Origin: Alphaproteobacteria bacterium
Lineage (GTDB): Bacteria; Pseudomonadota; Alphaproteobacteria; MPNO01
NCBI GenBank assembly: GCA_964291675.2
Contig: OZ219865.1
Span: 96,001-160,000 of the forward strand
Length of the DNA stretch: 64,000 nt
Direction: 5' to 3'
Part shown: piece by piece, positions 20,426-31,748 of the stretch
How the letters are laid out: every line of letters begins with the position of its first letter
Numbering within the stretch: the stretch's first letter is position 1
The notes under the pieces: model-generated
What the model saw: only the letters and a program-made list of their open reading frames with translations
Database searches by the model: none
What the model was told of the DNA's origin: nothing
Made by a program: the position numbers and the translations under genes

Positions 20426-22147
20426 TCAGGCCAAAGCCTCGGCGAGCAGCCTGCGGACGTGGGCGTTGACCTCGCGGCTGCGGTGGCGCTGGACCTTGCC
20501 GGTCGGGTGCAGCGGCTCGTCGAAGAAGAACTCCGGCAGCTCGTCGTCCTCCTCGGTGAAGCCGGCCTGGCGGTTGAACTCCCACTCGTCGCGCAGGGTC
20601 TCGTGGCCGAGCCGGCGGTAGAACGATTCGTCGAGCTCGGTGCCGTGCGCGTCGTTGAGCGCGGCGATCATGAAGTCGATGTTCTCGTTGGTCACCGTGC
20701 GGCCGAACACGCAGAGCCCGAGCGAATCGGCGGTCGCGCAGAGCGTCTGTACGTCGAAGCTCGCCTCGGTCAGCTCCTCGGTGGTCTTGCCGTCGCAGAC
20801 GAAGGCCGGGATGTTGCCCGTCGTGTGGTCGGCCCCCTGGGCGGTGACCATCATCGAGATGCCGGTGACCTCGATCACGCGGGGGTCGTAGGCGCTGATG
20901 CCCTGGCTCTTGATCACCGGCACGCGGGCCACCTCGTAGTGCTCGCCCACCCGGCGGGTTCCCTGGGCGAAGATCTTTCCCCGCTCGGTGCCGTCGCGGA
21001 TGTCCTGGAGCACGTCGGCCATGAAGCCGGGGTCGCCGAACGCGCCGAGCCCGGCCTCCATCAGGACGCCGATGGTGGCGCCGATCTCGATCGAATCCAC
21101 GCCGAGGTCGTTGGCGACGTGGTTGAGCCGGGCGACGTCGTCGGGGTCCTCCAGCCCGCAATTGGTGCCCATCAGCCCGAGGGTCTCGTATTCCAGCGGC
21201 GAGACGATCTCCTCGCCCTCGGGACCGGCATAGATGTTGGAGCAGCGGATCATGCAGCCCGGCATGCAGGCATGGGTCGGCTCGCCGCCGCGCGCGATGT
21301 TGCGCTCGCGGATGTGCTCGCCGCCGAGCCTGAAGGTCTCCTTCTCCTTGTCGACCTGCTGGCCGGAGGAGAAGTTGCGCGTCGGCAGCCCGCCGATCGT
21401 GTTGGTGAAGTCGCCCACCATGGCGGTGCCGAGATTGCGCAGATTGTTGATCGCCGCATCCGCGTCCAGCATCTTGTTGTAGTTGCGCACCGAGCCCATC
21501 AGCTTCTTGCGGTCGTGGAAGGTGGGCATCCGGTCGCGGTCGCAGATTATCGCCTTGACCTTCTTGCTGCCCATCACCGCGCCGACCCCGCCGCGGGCGG
21601 CGATGCGCACCGGGCGCCCCTCGGGGTCGGTGAACGAGATGCCGGCGATCAGCCCCATGTATTCGCCCACCGGGCCGCACAGCCCGAGGCTCACCTTGTC
21701 GCCGTATTTCTCGTGCAGGAGCCTCGCCGCCTCGATATTGCCCTTGCCCATATAGGGGCCGGCGTCCTCGAAGGTGATCCCGCCGTCCTTGCGGATGTAG
21801 ATCACCGTCCAGTCGGCGGAGGCGCCGTAGAGGTTGAAGCCCGCGATCTCGAGCTGGCCCAGCGCGAAGGCGAAGGTGCCGCCGGAGTTGGCTTCCTTGA
21901 CGCCGCCGGTGAGCGGGCTCTTGCAGCCGATCGAGAGCCGGTTGGCGTTCGAGAAGTTGGAGCCCGCGAAGGGGCCGGCCGAGAAGATCAGCGGGTTTTC
22001 CGGCGACAGCGGGTCCACCTTGGCCGCGCCTTTCTCCAGCAGAGTCCTGGCGATCAGGTGGCGGCCGGCGCGGACGATCGCCTCGCCGTGCAGCTCCTCG
22101 GTCTCGATCGACCGGTCGTCGAGATTGATGTGCAGGTATTTTCTCAT
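20426..22147 (-). CDS. Aldehyde:ferredoxin oxidoreductase (W/Mo-bisPterin AOR family)
   Basis: DPLSPENPLIF, KSPLTGGVKEANSGG, AARGGVGAVMGSKKVKAI, CMPGCMIRC, EYET, GADHT. Confidence 0.92.
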   Translation of the reverse strand: MRKYLHINLDDRSIETEELHGEAIVRAGRHLIARTLLEKGAAKVDPLSPENPLIFSAGPFAGSNFSNANRLSIGCKSPLTGGVKEANSGGTFAFALGQLEIAGFNLYGASADWTVIYIRKDGGITFEDAGPYMGKGNIEAARLLHEKYGDKVSLGLCGPVGEYMGLIAGISFTDPEGRPVRIAARGGVGAVMGSKKVKAIICDRDRMPTFHDRKKLMGSVRNYNKMLDADAAINNLRNLGTAMVGDFTNTIGGLPTRNFSSGQQVDKEKETFRLGGEHIRERNIARGGEPTHACMPGCMIRCSNIYAGPEGEEIVSPLEYETLGLMGTNCGLEDPDDVARLNHVANDLGVDSIEIGATIGVLMEAGLGAFGDPGFMADVLQDIRDGTERGKIFAQGTRRVGEHYEVARVPVIKSQGISAYDPRVIEVTGISMMVTAQGADHTTGNIPAFVCDGKTTEELTEASFDVQTLCATADSLGLCVFGRTVTNENIDFMIAALNDAHGTELDESFYRRLGHETLRDEWEFNRQAGFTEEDDELPEFFFDEPLHPTGKVQRHRSREVNAHVRRLLAEALA

Positions 22148-22164
22148 TCCGTCCGCATCCCGGG

Positions 22165-23805
22165 TTACTCGCGCGTTGCCGCCATATTGCGGGATTTTGC
22201 CCCTCCGGTGCCAGCGCTTTCGCCGCCCGCCGCGTTTGCCCCGGCGCGTTCCCGCCACAGATCCTTGAGCGCGTCGCGCCGGATCTTGCCGCGATCCGAC
22301 TTCGGCAGGGCGTCGATCACGAAGACCGATTTCGGCAGCTTGAACGCCGGCAGATGCGGCGCGCAGCCGGCGATCACGTCCTCCGGCTCGATCGTCGCGC
22401 CGGCGCGGGCGACGACGAAGGCCGCGACCTCCTCGCCGTAGATCGGGTCGGGCACGCCGACCGCGGCGGCCTCCTCGATCCCGGGCAGGCGCATCAGCGC
22501 GGCGTCGATCTCCAGCGGCGCGATATTGACCCCGCCGCGGATGATCAAGTCCTTGACCCGCCCGGTGACGGTGACGAAGCCGTCCGCGTCGGCGACCCCG
22601 ATATCGCCGGTGCGGAACCACTCGGCGAGCCGGGTCGGGCGCATGTCGCGATACTCGCCCGACGGCGCGATCGCGGCCACCGCGGTCTGCGGGCCGCGGA
22701 TCGCGATCTCGCCCTCGACGCCGGGCGGGCAGGGCGCGCCCTCCGCATCGAGGATGGCGAACCCGATATGCCGCGCCGGCCGCCCGACCGTGCCGAGCTT
22801 GCGCCGGTCATGGCGGTTGCCGCACAGCCAGCCGCCTTCCGAGGCGCCGTAGAACTGCAACAGGGTGATTCCGTAAAGCGCCTCGAAGCGCCGCCAGCGG
22901 TCGGGCGAAAGCGGCGCCGAGCTCGACGTCATCAGGCGCAGCGAGGCGATCTTGGCGGGCTCGATCTCGACCGGCCGGTTGAGCAGCATGTTGACGACCG
23001 TTGGCACGCCGATGGCGACGGTGATGCGATGATCCTCGATCCAGTCGAAGAAGCGCCGCCGGGAGAACCGCCGCGCCATGTGGAGCGTGAGCCCGGTCTG
23101 CAGGAACGGCATCAGCGCCAGGATCTGCGGCGAGAGCCAGCTGAAGGTGCGGTATTCGAGCAGGCGGTCGTCCCCGGTCATGCCGGTGAAGTCGAGGCTG
23201 GAGAGCCCGCAGAGCCAGAGCCCGAGATGGTCCCATTCGACGCATTTGGGCCGGTCGGTGGTGCCCGAGGTGGAGAAGATGCAGGCCGTCTCGCCCGCCC
23301 GGTTGGCGCCGGCCGGCGCCGCGCCCGCCTCCAGCGCGGCGGCCGATGCGAAGACTTCGCCCGGCCCCGAATCGCCCTCCGGCCAGGCGGCAAACCGCGC
23401 CTCGGCGCAGCCCAGCCCGGACAGGATCCGCTCGCCGTCGAGCCCGCCCTGCCAGAGCACCAGAGCCGGGTCGATATGGGCGATCATGGCGCGGAGATGG
23501 GGGATGCCTGTCTCGACGTGGAACGGGCAGGCGATCGCGCCGACGCGCCAGACCGCGAGGAACAAGAGCAGCTTCTCGATCCGCTCGTCGGACAGCACCA
23601 CCAGCCGGTCGCCGCGCCCGACGCCGCGCGAGGCGAGCCAGGCGGCGATACGCTCGACCGCCGCGCGCAAGCCCGCGAAATCGACCTCCTTGCCGCCGTC
23701 GAGGTCGACGATCGCGGGTTTCCGCGGATTCGCCGCCGCGTGCCGCGCGAGAATCTCGGCGACGCTCCGGAACGGAATGGCGAGGTCGGGCGCGGGATCG
23801 TGCAT
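22165..23805 (-). CDS. AMP-binding acyl-CoA synthetase
   Basis: STSGTTDRPK, YGASE, FRTGDIG, GRVKDLIIRGG, LPKSDRGKI. Confidence 0.92.
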   Translation of the reverse strand: MHDPAPDLAIPFRSVAEILARHAAANPRKPAIVDLDGGKEVDFAGLRAAVERIAAWLASRGVGRGDRLVVLSDERIEKLLLFLAVWRVGAIACPFHVETGIPHLRAMIAHIDPALVLWQGGLDGERILSGLGCAEARFAAWPEGDSGPGEVFASAAALEAGAAPAGANRAGETACIFSTSGTTDRPKCVEWDHLGLWLCGLSSLDFTGMTGDDRLLEYRTFSWLSPQILALMPFLQTGLTLHMARRFSRRRFFDWIEDHRITVAIGVPTVVNMLLNRPVEIEPAKIASLRLMTSSSAPLSPDRWRRFEALYGITLLQFYGASEGGWLCGNRHDRRKLGTVGRPARHIGFAILDAEGAPCPPGVEGEIAIRGPQTAVAAIAPSGEYRDMRPTRLAEWFRTGDIGVADADGFVTVTGRVKDLIIRGGVNIAPLEIDAALMRLPGIEEAAAVGVPDPIYGEEVAAFVVARAGATIEPEDVIAGCAPHLPAFKLPKSVFVIDALPKSDRGKIRRDALKDLWRERAGANAAGGESAGTGGAKSRNMAATRE

Positions 23806-23853
23806 GGCGCGAAACTAGAGCCTGCGCTTCCCGGATGGAACCGCCGCATCCCC

Positions 23854-23996
23854 CGATACGCGCCCTGCGGGCGCGGCTCGGGATGAGGGCCCTTCGATAC
23901 GGCCCCTGCGGGGCCTACTCAGGATGAGGACAAGACCCTTGCCCACACCTCCACCCCTCATCCTGAGTAGCCCGCCGCAGGCGGGCGTATCGAAGG
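23854..23996. repeat. Second REP-like family (CCTCATCCTGAGTAG-hairpin-CGTATCGAAGG), three copies
   Basis: Copies at about 23854-23888 and 23891-23929, and an inverted copy at 23955-23996. The same family recurs at 38970-39075. Confidence 0.85.
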
Positions 23997-24065
23997 AAGA
24001 CCGGGGGGAGGACCGGCGGCGGCCGCGGGGCGAATCGGGCGCGGTCCGCGCGCTCTCGCAGGCGG

Positions 24066-24093
24066 TTGACTGGAGCTTGCCAGGCCCTATAAT
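24066..24093 (+). promoter_or_regulatory. Sigma70-type promoter of the rpsM operon
   Basis: TTGACT (24066-24071), a 16-nt spacer, then TATAAT (24088-24093). Confidence 0.8.
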
Positions 24094-24161
24094 CCAGCCC
24101 CCCGGATGGGACCGCCCATTTTCGGAACCCCGATGTTCATGCCGAAGCAGGAGACCGCGTC

Positions 24162-24524
<363 letters not shown>

Positions 24525-24552
24525 CCGCGACCGGCTTCGATCGGGAGACACG

Positions 24553-24945
24553 ATGGCTCGACAGTCCACCACGCGCGTGCGCCGCCGCGAGCGCAAGAAC
24601 ATCACCGCCGGCGTCGCGCATGTGAACGCGTCCTTCAACAACACCAAGATCACCATCACCGACGCCCAGGGCAACACGATTTCCTGGTCGTCGGCCGGTG
24701 CGCAGGGTTTCAAGGGTTCGCGCAAGTCGACCCCCTATGCCGCGCAGATCGCCGCCGAGGACGCCGGACGCAAGGCGATGGAGCACGGCATGAAGACGCT
24801 CGAGATCCAGGTCAAGGGGCCGGGCTCGGGGCGCGAATCGGCTTTGCGCGCGCTTCAGGCGGTCGGCTTCTCGATCACCTCGATCCGCGACGTCACGCCG
24901 ATCCCGCATAACGGCTGCCGTCCGCGCAAGCGCCGCAGGGTCTGA
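24553..24945 (+). CDS. rpsK: 30S ribosomal protein S11
   Basis: [38 protein letters not shown]. Confidence 0.99.
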   Translation: MARQSTTRVRRRERKNITAGVAHVNASFNNTKITITDAQGNTISWSSAGAQGFKGSRKSTPYAAQIAAEDAGRKAMEHGMKTLEIQVKGPGSGRESALRALQAVGFSITSIRDVTPIPHNGCRPRKRRRV

Positions 24946-25037
24946 GACCCGCGCCATCGCAGAGGCGCGGCCCGACCGCGCTTCGTCCGGCGGCCCCGGC
25001 GCCGCCGCAATTTTGAACGCCGCCAAGGATCGAAAAC

Positions 25038-26060
25038 ATGTCGATTGTTCAGAAAAACTGGCAAGAGTTGATCAAGCCCAGCAAGCTCGAGATCCTTCCC
25101 GGCAGCGATCCGTCCCGCTTCGCCCGCATCGTCGCCGAGCCGCTGGAACGGGGCTTCGGCGTCACCCTCGGCAACGCGCTCAGGCGGGTGCTGCTGTCCT
25201 CGCTGCAGGGCGCCGCCTGCACGGCGATCCAGATCGACGGGGTGCTGCACGAATTCTCCTCCATCCCCGGCGTGCGCGAGGACGTGACCGACATCGTGCT
25301 CAACGTGAAAAGCCTGGCGCTCCGCATGCACGGCGACGGGCCCAAGCGCATGTATCTGGAGGGCACGGGGCCGGGCGAGATCACCGCCGGCATGATCGTG
25401 GCCGGCCACGATATCGAGATCGTCGAGCCCGACATCGCGATCTGCACCCTCGACGACGGCGCCAAGCTGTCGATGGAGCTCACCGTCGATTCGGGCAAGG
25501 GCTATGTGCCCGCCGCCCAGAACCGCGCCGCCGACGCGCCGATCGGGCTGGTGCCGGTCGACGCCGTGTTCAGCCCGGTGCGCAAGGTCGCCTTCCAGGT
25601 CGAGAACACAAGGGTGGGCCAGATCACCGACTACGACAAGCTGTCGCTCGACATCGAGACCAACGGGGTGATCACCCCGGAGGACGCGCTGGCGCTCGCC
25701 GCGCGCATCCTGCAGGACCAGCTCCAGCTCTTCATCAATTTCGAGGAGCCCTCGATCCGGGCCGAGGAGGCGCTGCCCGCCGAGCCGTCGTTCAACAAGA
25801 ACCTGCTCCGCAAGGTCGACGAGCTGGAGCTCTCGGTGCGGTCCGCCAACTGCCTCAAGAACGACAACATCATCTATATCGGCGATTTGGTGCAGAAGAG
25901 CGAGCAGGAGATGCTGCGGACCCCGAATTTCGGGCGCAAGTCGCTGAACGAGATCAAGGAAGTGCTCGCCCAGATGGGACTCGAGCTCGGCATGGAGATC
26001 CTCGACTGGCCGCCCGAGAACATCGAGGATCTCGCCCGCCGCCTGGACGAGCCCTACTAG
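25038..26060 (+). CDS. rpoA: RNA polymerase alpha subunit
   Basis: [45 protein letters not shown]. Confidence 0.99.
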   Translation: MSIVQKNWQELIKPSKLEILPGSDPSRFARIVAEPLERGFGVTLGNALRRVLLSSLQGAACTAIQIDGVLHEFSSIPGVREDVTDIVLNVKSLALRMHGDGPKRMYLEGTGPGEITAGMIVAGHDIEIVEPDIAICTLDDGAKLSMELTVDSGKGYVPAAQNRAADAPIGLVPVDAVFSPVRKVAFQVENTRVGQITDYDKLSLDIETNGVITPEDALALAARILQDQLQLFINFEEPSIRAEEALPAEPSFNKNLLRKVDELELSVRSANCLKNDNIIYIGDLVQKSEQEMLRTPNFGRKSLNEIKEVLAQMGLELGMEILDWPPENIEDLARRLDEPY

Positions 26061-26084
26061 GCGGCGGCAGCGGGGAGACGGGCC

Positions 26085-26525
26085 ATGCGACACCGCATCA
26101 AGGGACGCAAGCTCAACCGGACCAGCGCCCATCGCACCGCCATGTTCCGCAACATGGCGGCGGCGCTGGTGAAGCACGAGCAGATCACCACCACCCTGCC
26201 CAAGGCGAAGGAGCTCAGGCCCATCGTCGACCGGCTGATCACGCTGGGCAAGCGGGGCCCCGGGGATTTGCACGCCCGCCGCCAGGCGATCCGCCGGCTG
26301 GCCGGCGACGCCAAGCTCGCCGACAAGCTGTTCACCACGCTGGCCGAACGCTACGCCGACCGCAAGGGCGGCTATACCAGGGTGCTGAGGGCCGGCTTCC
26401 GCTACGGCGACTCGGCGCCGATGGCGGTGATCGAGCTGGTCGACCGCGACCCCGAGGCGAAGGGGCTCGACTCGGGTCCGGTGCAGGAGCGCGCGCCGGT
26501 CGAGGAGGAAGAGGCGGTCGCCTGA
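26085..26525 (+). CDS. rplQ: 50S ribosomal protein L17
   Basis: [42 protein letters not shown]. Confidence 0.99.
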   Translation: MRHRIKGRKLNRTSAHRTAMFRNMAAALVKHEQITTTLPKAKELRPIVDRLITLGKRGPGDLHARRQAIRRLAGDAKLADKLFTTLAERYADRKGGYTRVLRAGFRYGDSAPMAVIELVDRDPEAKGLDSGPVQERAPVEEEEAVA

Positions 26526-26810
26526 CCCGGCGGCGGCGCGCGACTTGGGAGGCGGCAGGCTCCTTCGTCGTGAGCGAAATCGAGATCCTGAAACGGGTTT
26601 TCAGACACGCGCATGGGGAGGACGCAATAGAGACCTCCCCGTTGAGCGATCCAGTCGTCAGCGCGGCGAGCCACGAAGTGCGGACCCGACGGGCGTAGCA
26701 GGAGTAGGCCAGCGATCCGGATTATTTGATGTGCCATTTTGGAGTCCGCCCCTTATGCTGATAGGGCCGGTCAAGGGGAATCGCTGGCCGGCGAAGTTCA
26801 GAGTACCGAA

Positions 26811-27035
26811 ATGAACAGCGAGATCATCGCTCTGATCGCTATCCAGGTGGCCGTTCTGGGGTTCCTGTGGGCATTGCATCGAGACATCTCGTCGCTGCGC
26901 GAGCGCATGGCGAAAATGGAAGGTCAAATTGAGGGAATTCGCACGTCCGTAGAGGCGTTCGAAGGGCAGATCAACACGCTCAGAGGGCTGGTGATCTCCC
27001 GCGCCGGTGGGCACGAACGAGGGAATGATCCATGA
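26811..27035 (+). CDS. Small membrane-anchored coiled-coil protein
   Basis: Hydrophobic N-terminus (IIALIAIQVAVLGFLWAL) followed by heptads (LRERMAKMEGQIEG). ATGA overlap with the next ORF. Same architecture as the genes at 53224 and 53660. Confidence 0.65.
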   Translation: MNSEIIALIAIQVAVLGFLWALHRDISSLRERMAKMEGQIEGIRTSVEAFEGQINTLRGLVISRAGGHERGNDP

Positions 27036-27253
27036 GCCAGATCGCAGACCAGTCCCTCATCGAGGTCGGGACTGTGGTCCAGATCAGATCGGGCGGTCCG
27101 GTCATGACGGTTATCGCAATCGAGGCTCCGGCGACCGCGGTCTGCAAGTGGTACGACTTGATTTGGAACACCGAACGATTTCCGGTTGCCGCCCTGCGTG
27201 CTGTTCCGGAGCCCGCAGAAGGGACCCGCCCCGGCCTGTCGTCAGTCCGCTGA
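27032..27253 (+). CDS. YodC/DUF2158 family small protein
   Basis: GTVVQIRSGGPVMTV, CKW and FPVAAL match the DUF2158 pattern. Confidence 0.8.
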   Translation: MSQIADQSLIEVGTVVQIRSGGPVMTVIAIEAPATAVCKWYDLIWNTERFPVAALRAVPEPAEGTRPGLSSVR

Positions 27254-27331
27254 CGGACTCCGAACCCCACATGTAAGGTCCTTTTCATTTTCCGGGCGGC
27301 GCGGCATGGTGCCCATCCTGAGGGGAGCGCC

Positions 27332-28756
<1,425 letters not shown>

Positions 28757-28759
28757 CCG

Positions 28760-30058
28760 GTGAACGCCCCGAGCGAACGCGAACCCGGCCTGTTCGAAGC
28801 CGAGGCGCCGCGGCCGCTGGCCGACCGGCTGCGCCCGGCGCGGCTGGAGGACGTGCTGGGCCAGGACCATCTGCTCGGCGCCGAGGGGCCGATCGGCCGC
28901 ATGGTGGCCGAGGGCAGGCTGACCTCGATGGTGCTCTGGGGCCCGCCGGGGAGCGGCAAGACCACCATCGCGCGTCTGCTGGCGACCGCGACGGCGCATC
29001 GTTTCGAGCCCCTGTCGGCGGTCTTCTCGGGGGTCGCCGATCTCAAGCGGGTGTTCGACGAGGCGCGCGGGCGGCGCCTCGGCGGGCAGGGGACGGTACT
29101 CTTCGTCGACGAGATCCACCGCTTCAACCGCGCCCAGCAGGACGGCTTCCTGCCCGTCGTCGAGGACGGCACGGTGATCCTCGTCGGCGCGACGACTGAA
29201 AACCCGTCCTTCGAGCTCAACGGCGCGCTCTTGTCGCGCTGCCAGGTCTTCGTGCTCCACCGGCTCGACGAGGCGGCGGCGGAGACGCTCTTGCGCCGGG
29301 CCGAGGCGGAGCGCGGCCGGCGCGTGCCGCTCGACGGCGCGGCGCGGGCGGCGCTGCTCGCGATGGCGGACGGCGACGGGCGCTATGTGCTCAACCTCGC
29401 CGAGGAGCTGCTGGCGATGCCCGACGGCGAGACGCTCGACGTCGCCGGGCTCGCCCGCGCCGTGCAGCGCCGCGCGCCGCTCTACGACAAGTCGCGCGAC
29501 GGGCACTACAATCTGATCAGCGCGCTGCACAAGTCGATCCGGGGGTCGGACCCGGACGCTGCGCTCTACTGGCTCGCCCGCATGCTCCAGGGCGGCGAGG
29601 ACCCGCGCTACCTGGCCCGCCGCCTGACCCGGCTCGCCGCCGAGGATGTCGGCCTGGCCGACCCGCAGGCGCTGGTGCAGGCGATCGCCGCCTGGCAGGC
29701 CTATGAGCGGCTGGGCTCTCCCGAGGGCGAGCTGGCGATCGCGCAGCTTGCGGTCTATCTCGCCAACGCGCCCAAGTCGAACGCGCTCTACCGGGGCTTT
29801 GGCGCGGCCTGGGCGGCGGCCGAGCGCACCGGCTCGCTGATGCCGCCGAGCCATATCCTCAACGCGCCGACCCGGCTGATGAAGGATCTCGGCTACGGCG
29901 CCGGCTATCGCTACGACCACGACGAGGAGAGCGGGGTCTCGGGCCAGAGCTACTTCCCCGACGGCATGGAGCGGGAGGTCTACTACCGGCCCACCGACCG
30001 CGGCGCGGAGGGCGAGATGGCCGCCCGCATCGAGACGCTCAGGGCGCGGCGCAGGTGA
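28760..30058 (+). CDS. rarA: Replication-associated recombination protein A (MgsA/RarA)
   Basis: PLADRLRP, GPPGSGKTT, DEIHRFNRAQQD, ISALHKSIRGSD, YRYDHD. Confidence 0.96.
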   Translation: MNAPSEREPGLFEAEAPRPLADRLRPARLEDVLGQDHLLGAEGPIGRMVAEGRLTSMVLWGPPGSGKTTIARLLATATAHRFEPLSAVFSGVADLKRVFDEARGRRLGGQGTVLFVDEIHRFNRAQQDGFLPVVEDGTVILVGATTENPSFELNGALLSRCQVFVLHRLDEAAAETLLRRAEAERGRRVPLDGAARAALLAMADGDGRYVLNLAEELLAMPDGETLDVAGLARAVQRRAPLYDKSRDGHYNLISALHKSIRGSDPDAALYWLARMLQGGEDPRYLARRLTRLAAEDVGLADPQALVQAIAAWQAYERLGSPEGELAIAQLAVYLANAPKSNALYRGFGAAWAAAERTGSLMPPSHILNAPTRLMKDLGYGAGYRYDHDEESGVSGQSYFPDGMEREVYYRPTDRGAEGEMAARIETLRARRR

Positions 30059-31005
30059 GCCCGGCGCGCATCCTCACCGTCGGCCCCGACGACGACGACA
30101 TCCGCCTCGACCGCTGGTTCAGGCGCCACTTTCCCGCGCTCGGCCACGGGCATCTGGAGAAGCTGCTGCGCACCGGCCAGATCCGGGTGGACGGAGGGCG
30201 CGCCAGGGCCTCGACGCGCGTCGCCGCCGGCCGCGCGGTGCGCATACCGCCGGGCCTCGCCGAGGAGTTCTCCCGGCCGGACCGGCGCGCCCCGGTCTCC
30301 CCGTCCGACGCCGAGTGCCTGCGCCGCCGTGTGCTCTATCGCGACGCCGGGACGATCGTCATCGACAAGCCGGCCGGGCTCGCGGTGCAGGGCGGCTCCA
30401 AGGTGAAGTCCTCGGTCGATGCGATGCTGGATGCGCTGCGCTTCGACGCCGGCGAACGCCCCCGGCTGGTCCACCGGCTCGACAAGGACACCAGCGGCGT
30501 GCTCGCGCTCGCGCGCTCCCGCAAGGCCGCCGCCGCGCTGGTCGCCGCGTTCCGCGAGGGCCGGGTGGAGAAGGAGTACTGGGCGCTGGTCGCGGGCGTG
30601 CCGCCGCGCGAGAGCGGCGTCGTCGACCTCGCGCTGGCCAAGGCGCCCGCGCCCGGCGGCGGCGAGAGCGTGCGCGCGGGCGCCGCCGGGGCGAAGCGGG
30701 CGCGCACCGCCTGGCGGGTGGTCGCCGAGGCGCGCCGCGTCGCCTGGCTGTCGCTCAGGCCGGAGACCGGGCGCACCCACCAGATCCGCGTCCATTGCCG
30801 GGCGCTCGGCACGCCGATCGTGGGCGACGGGAAGTACGGCGCCGACGCGCCCCGGATCGACGGGCCGCCGCCGGCGGGACGGCTGATGCTGCACGCCCGC
30901 CGGCTGGTGTTGCCGGGAGAGGGGGGCGGGGCGGTTTCGGTCGCCGCGCCGCTCGATGCGGCGATGCGGGCGCAATGGGCGTTCTGGGGGTTCGACGAAT
31001 CGTGA
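30055..31005 (+). CDS. rluC: RluA-family pseudouridine synthase (RluC-like, with S4 domain)
   Basis: RLDRW, KPAGLAVQGG, HRLDKDTSG, TGRTHQIRVH. Confidence 0.9.
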   Translation: MSPARILTVGPDDDDIRLDRWFRRHFPALGHGHLEKLLRTGQIRVDGGRARASTRVAAGRAVRIPPGLAEEFSRPDRRAPVSPSDAECLRRRVLYRDAGTIVIDKPAGLAVQGGSKVKSSVDAMLDALRFDAGERPRLVHRLDKDTSGVLALARSRKAAAALVAAFREGRVEKEYWALVAGVPPRESGVVDLALAKAPAPGGGESVRAGAAGAKRARTAWRVVAEARRVAWLSLRPETGRTHQIRVHCRALGTPIVGDGKYGADAPRIDGPPPAGRLMLHARRLVLPGEGGGAVSVAAPLDAAMRAQWAFWGFDES

Positions 31006-31709
31006 CCGGCGACAACGGCGCCCCGCTCGCCGCCTTCGACCTCGACGGCACGCTGCTCGACAGCGCGGGCCAGATCGTCGAGCGCGTCGTCGCCTGCTGG
31101 GAGGTTTGCGGCTTCCCGCCGCCCGACCCGGTGCTCGCCAGGCGGATCATCGGCCTGCCGTGGAAGGAGAGCATTCTGGCGCTCCTGCCCGATGCCGGAC
31201 CGGCGGAATTCGAGAAGATCCGCCGCTACTACGACGACGTGCGGGAGGGCAGGCGCGCGGCCCCGCCGCCGACCGAGACCCTGTTCGACGGCGCGCGCGC
31301 GACGCTGGAGGCGCTGCGCGGACGCGGCTATGCGCTCGCCATCGTCACCAGCCGCACCGGCGACCGGCTGGCGGCGCTGTTGCGCGACCACGGCATCGAC
31401 GAGTTCTTTCTCGCCTGCAAGACCGCCGACATGGGCCCGTCCAAGCCCGACCCCTTTCTGCTCCGCCAGGCGATGGAGGACGCGGGCGCCGGCCCGGCGA
31501 CCACAGTGATGATCGGCGACACGACCTTCGATATCGGCATGGCGGTCAACGCGGGGACGCATGCCGTCGGGGTGAGCTGGGGGGTGCACGAGGTCCACGA
31601 GCTGCGCGCGGCCGGCGCGCATTCGATCGCCGACAGCTTCCGCGAGGTCCGCGACGCGGCGGTCGCGATGACCGGCGGGGCGGCTGGACCCGGCCGCCGT
31701 CCGGGGTAG
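31002..31709 (+). CDS. HAD-IA hydrolase (phosphoglycolate phosphatase-like)
   Basis: FDLDGTLLDS, SKPDP, MIGDTTFD. The GTG start overlaps the rluC stop. Confidence 0.9.
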   Translation: MTGDNGAPLAAFDLDGTLLDSAGQIVERVVACWEVCGFPPPDPVLARRIIGLPWKESILALLPDAGPAEFEKIRRYYDDVREGRRAAPPPTETLFDGARATLEALRGRGYALAIVTSRTGDRLAALLRDHGIDEFFLACKTADMGPSKPDPFLLRQAMEDAGAGPATTVMIGDTTFDIGMAVNAGTHAVGVSWGVHEVHELRAAGAHSIADSFREVRDAAVAMTGGAAGPGRRPG

Positions 31710-31748
31710 AATCGGCGCCCGCATATTCCGCCCGGGAGCGGTGGTTCG

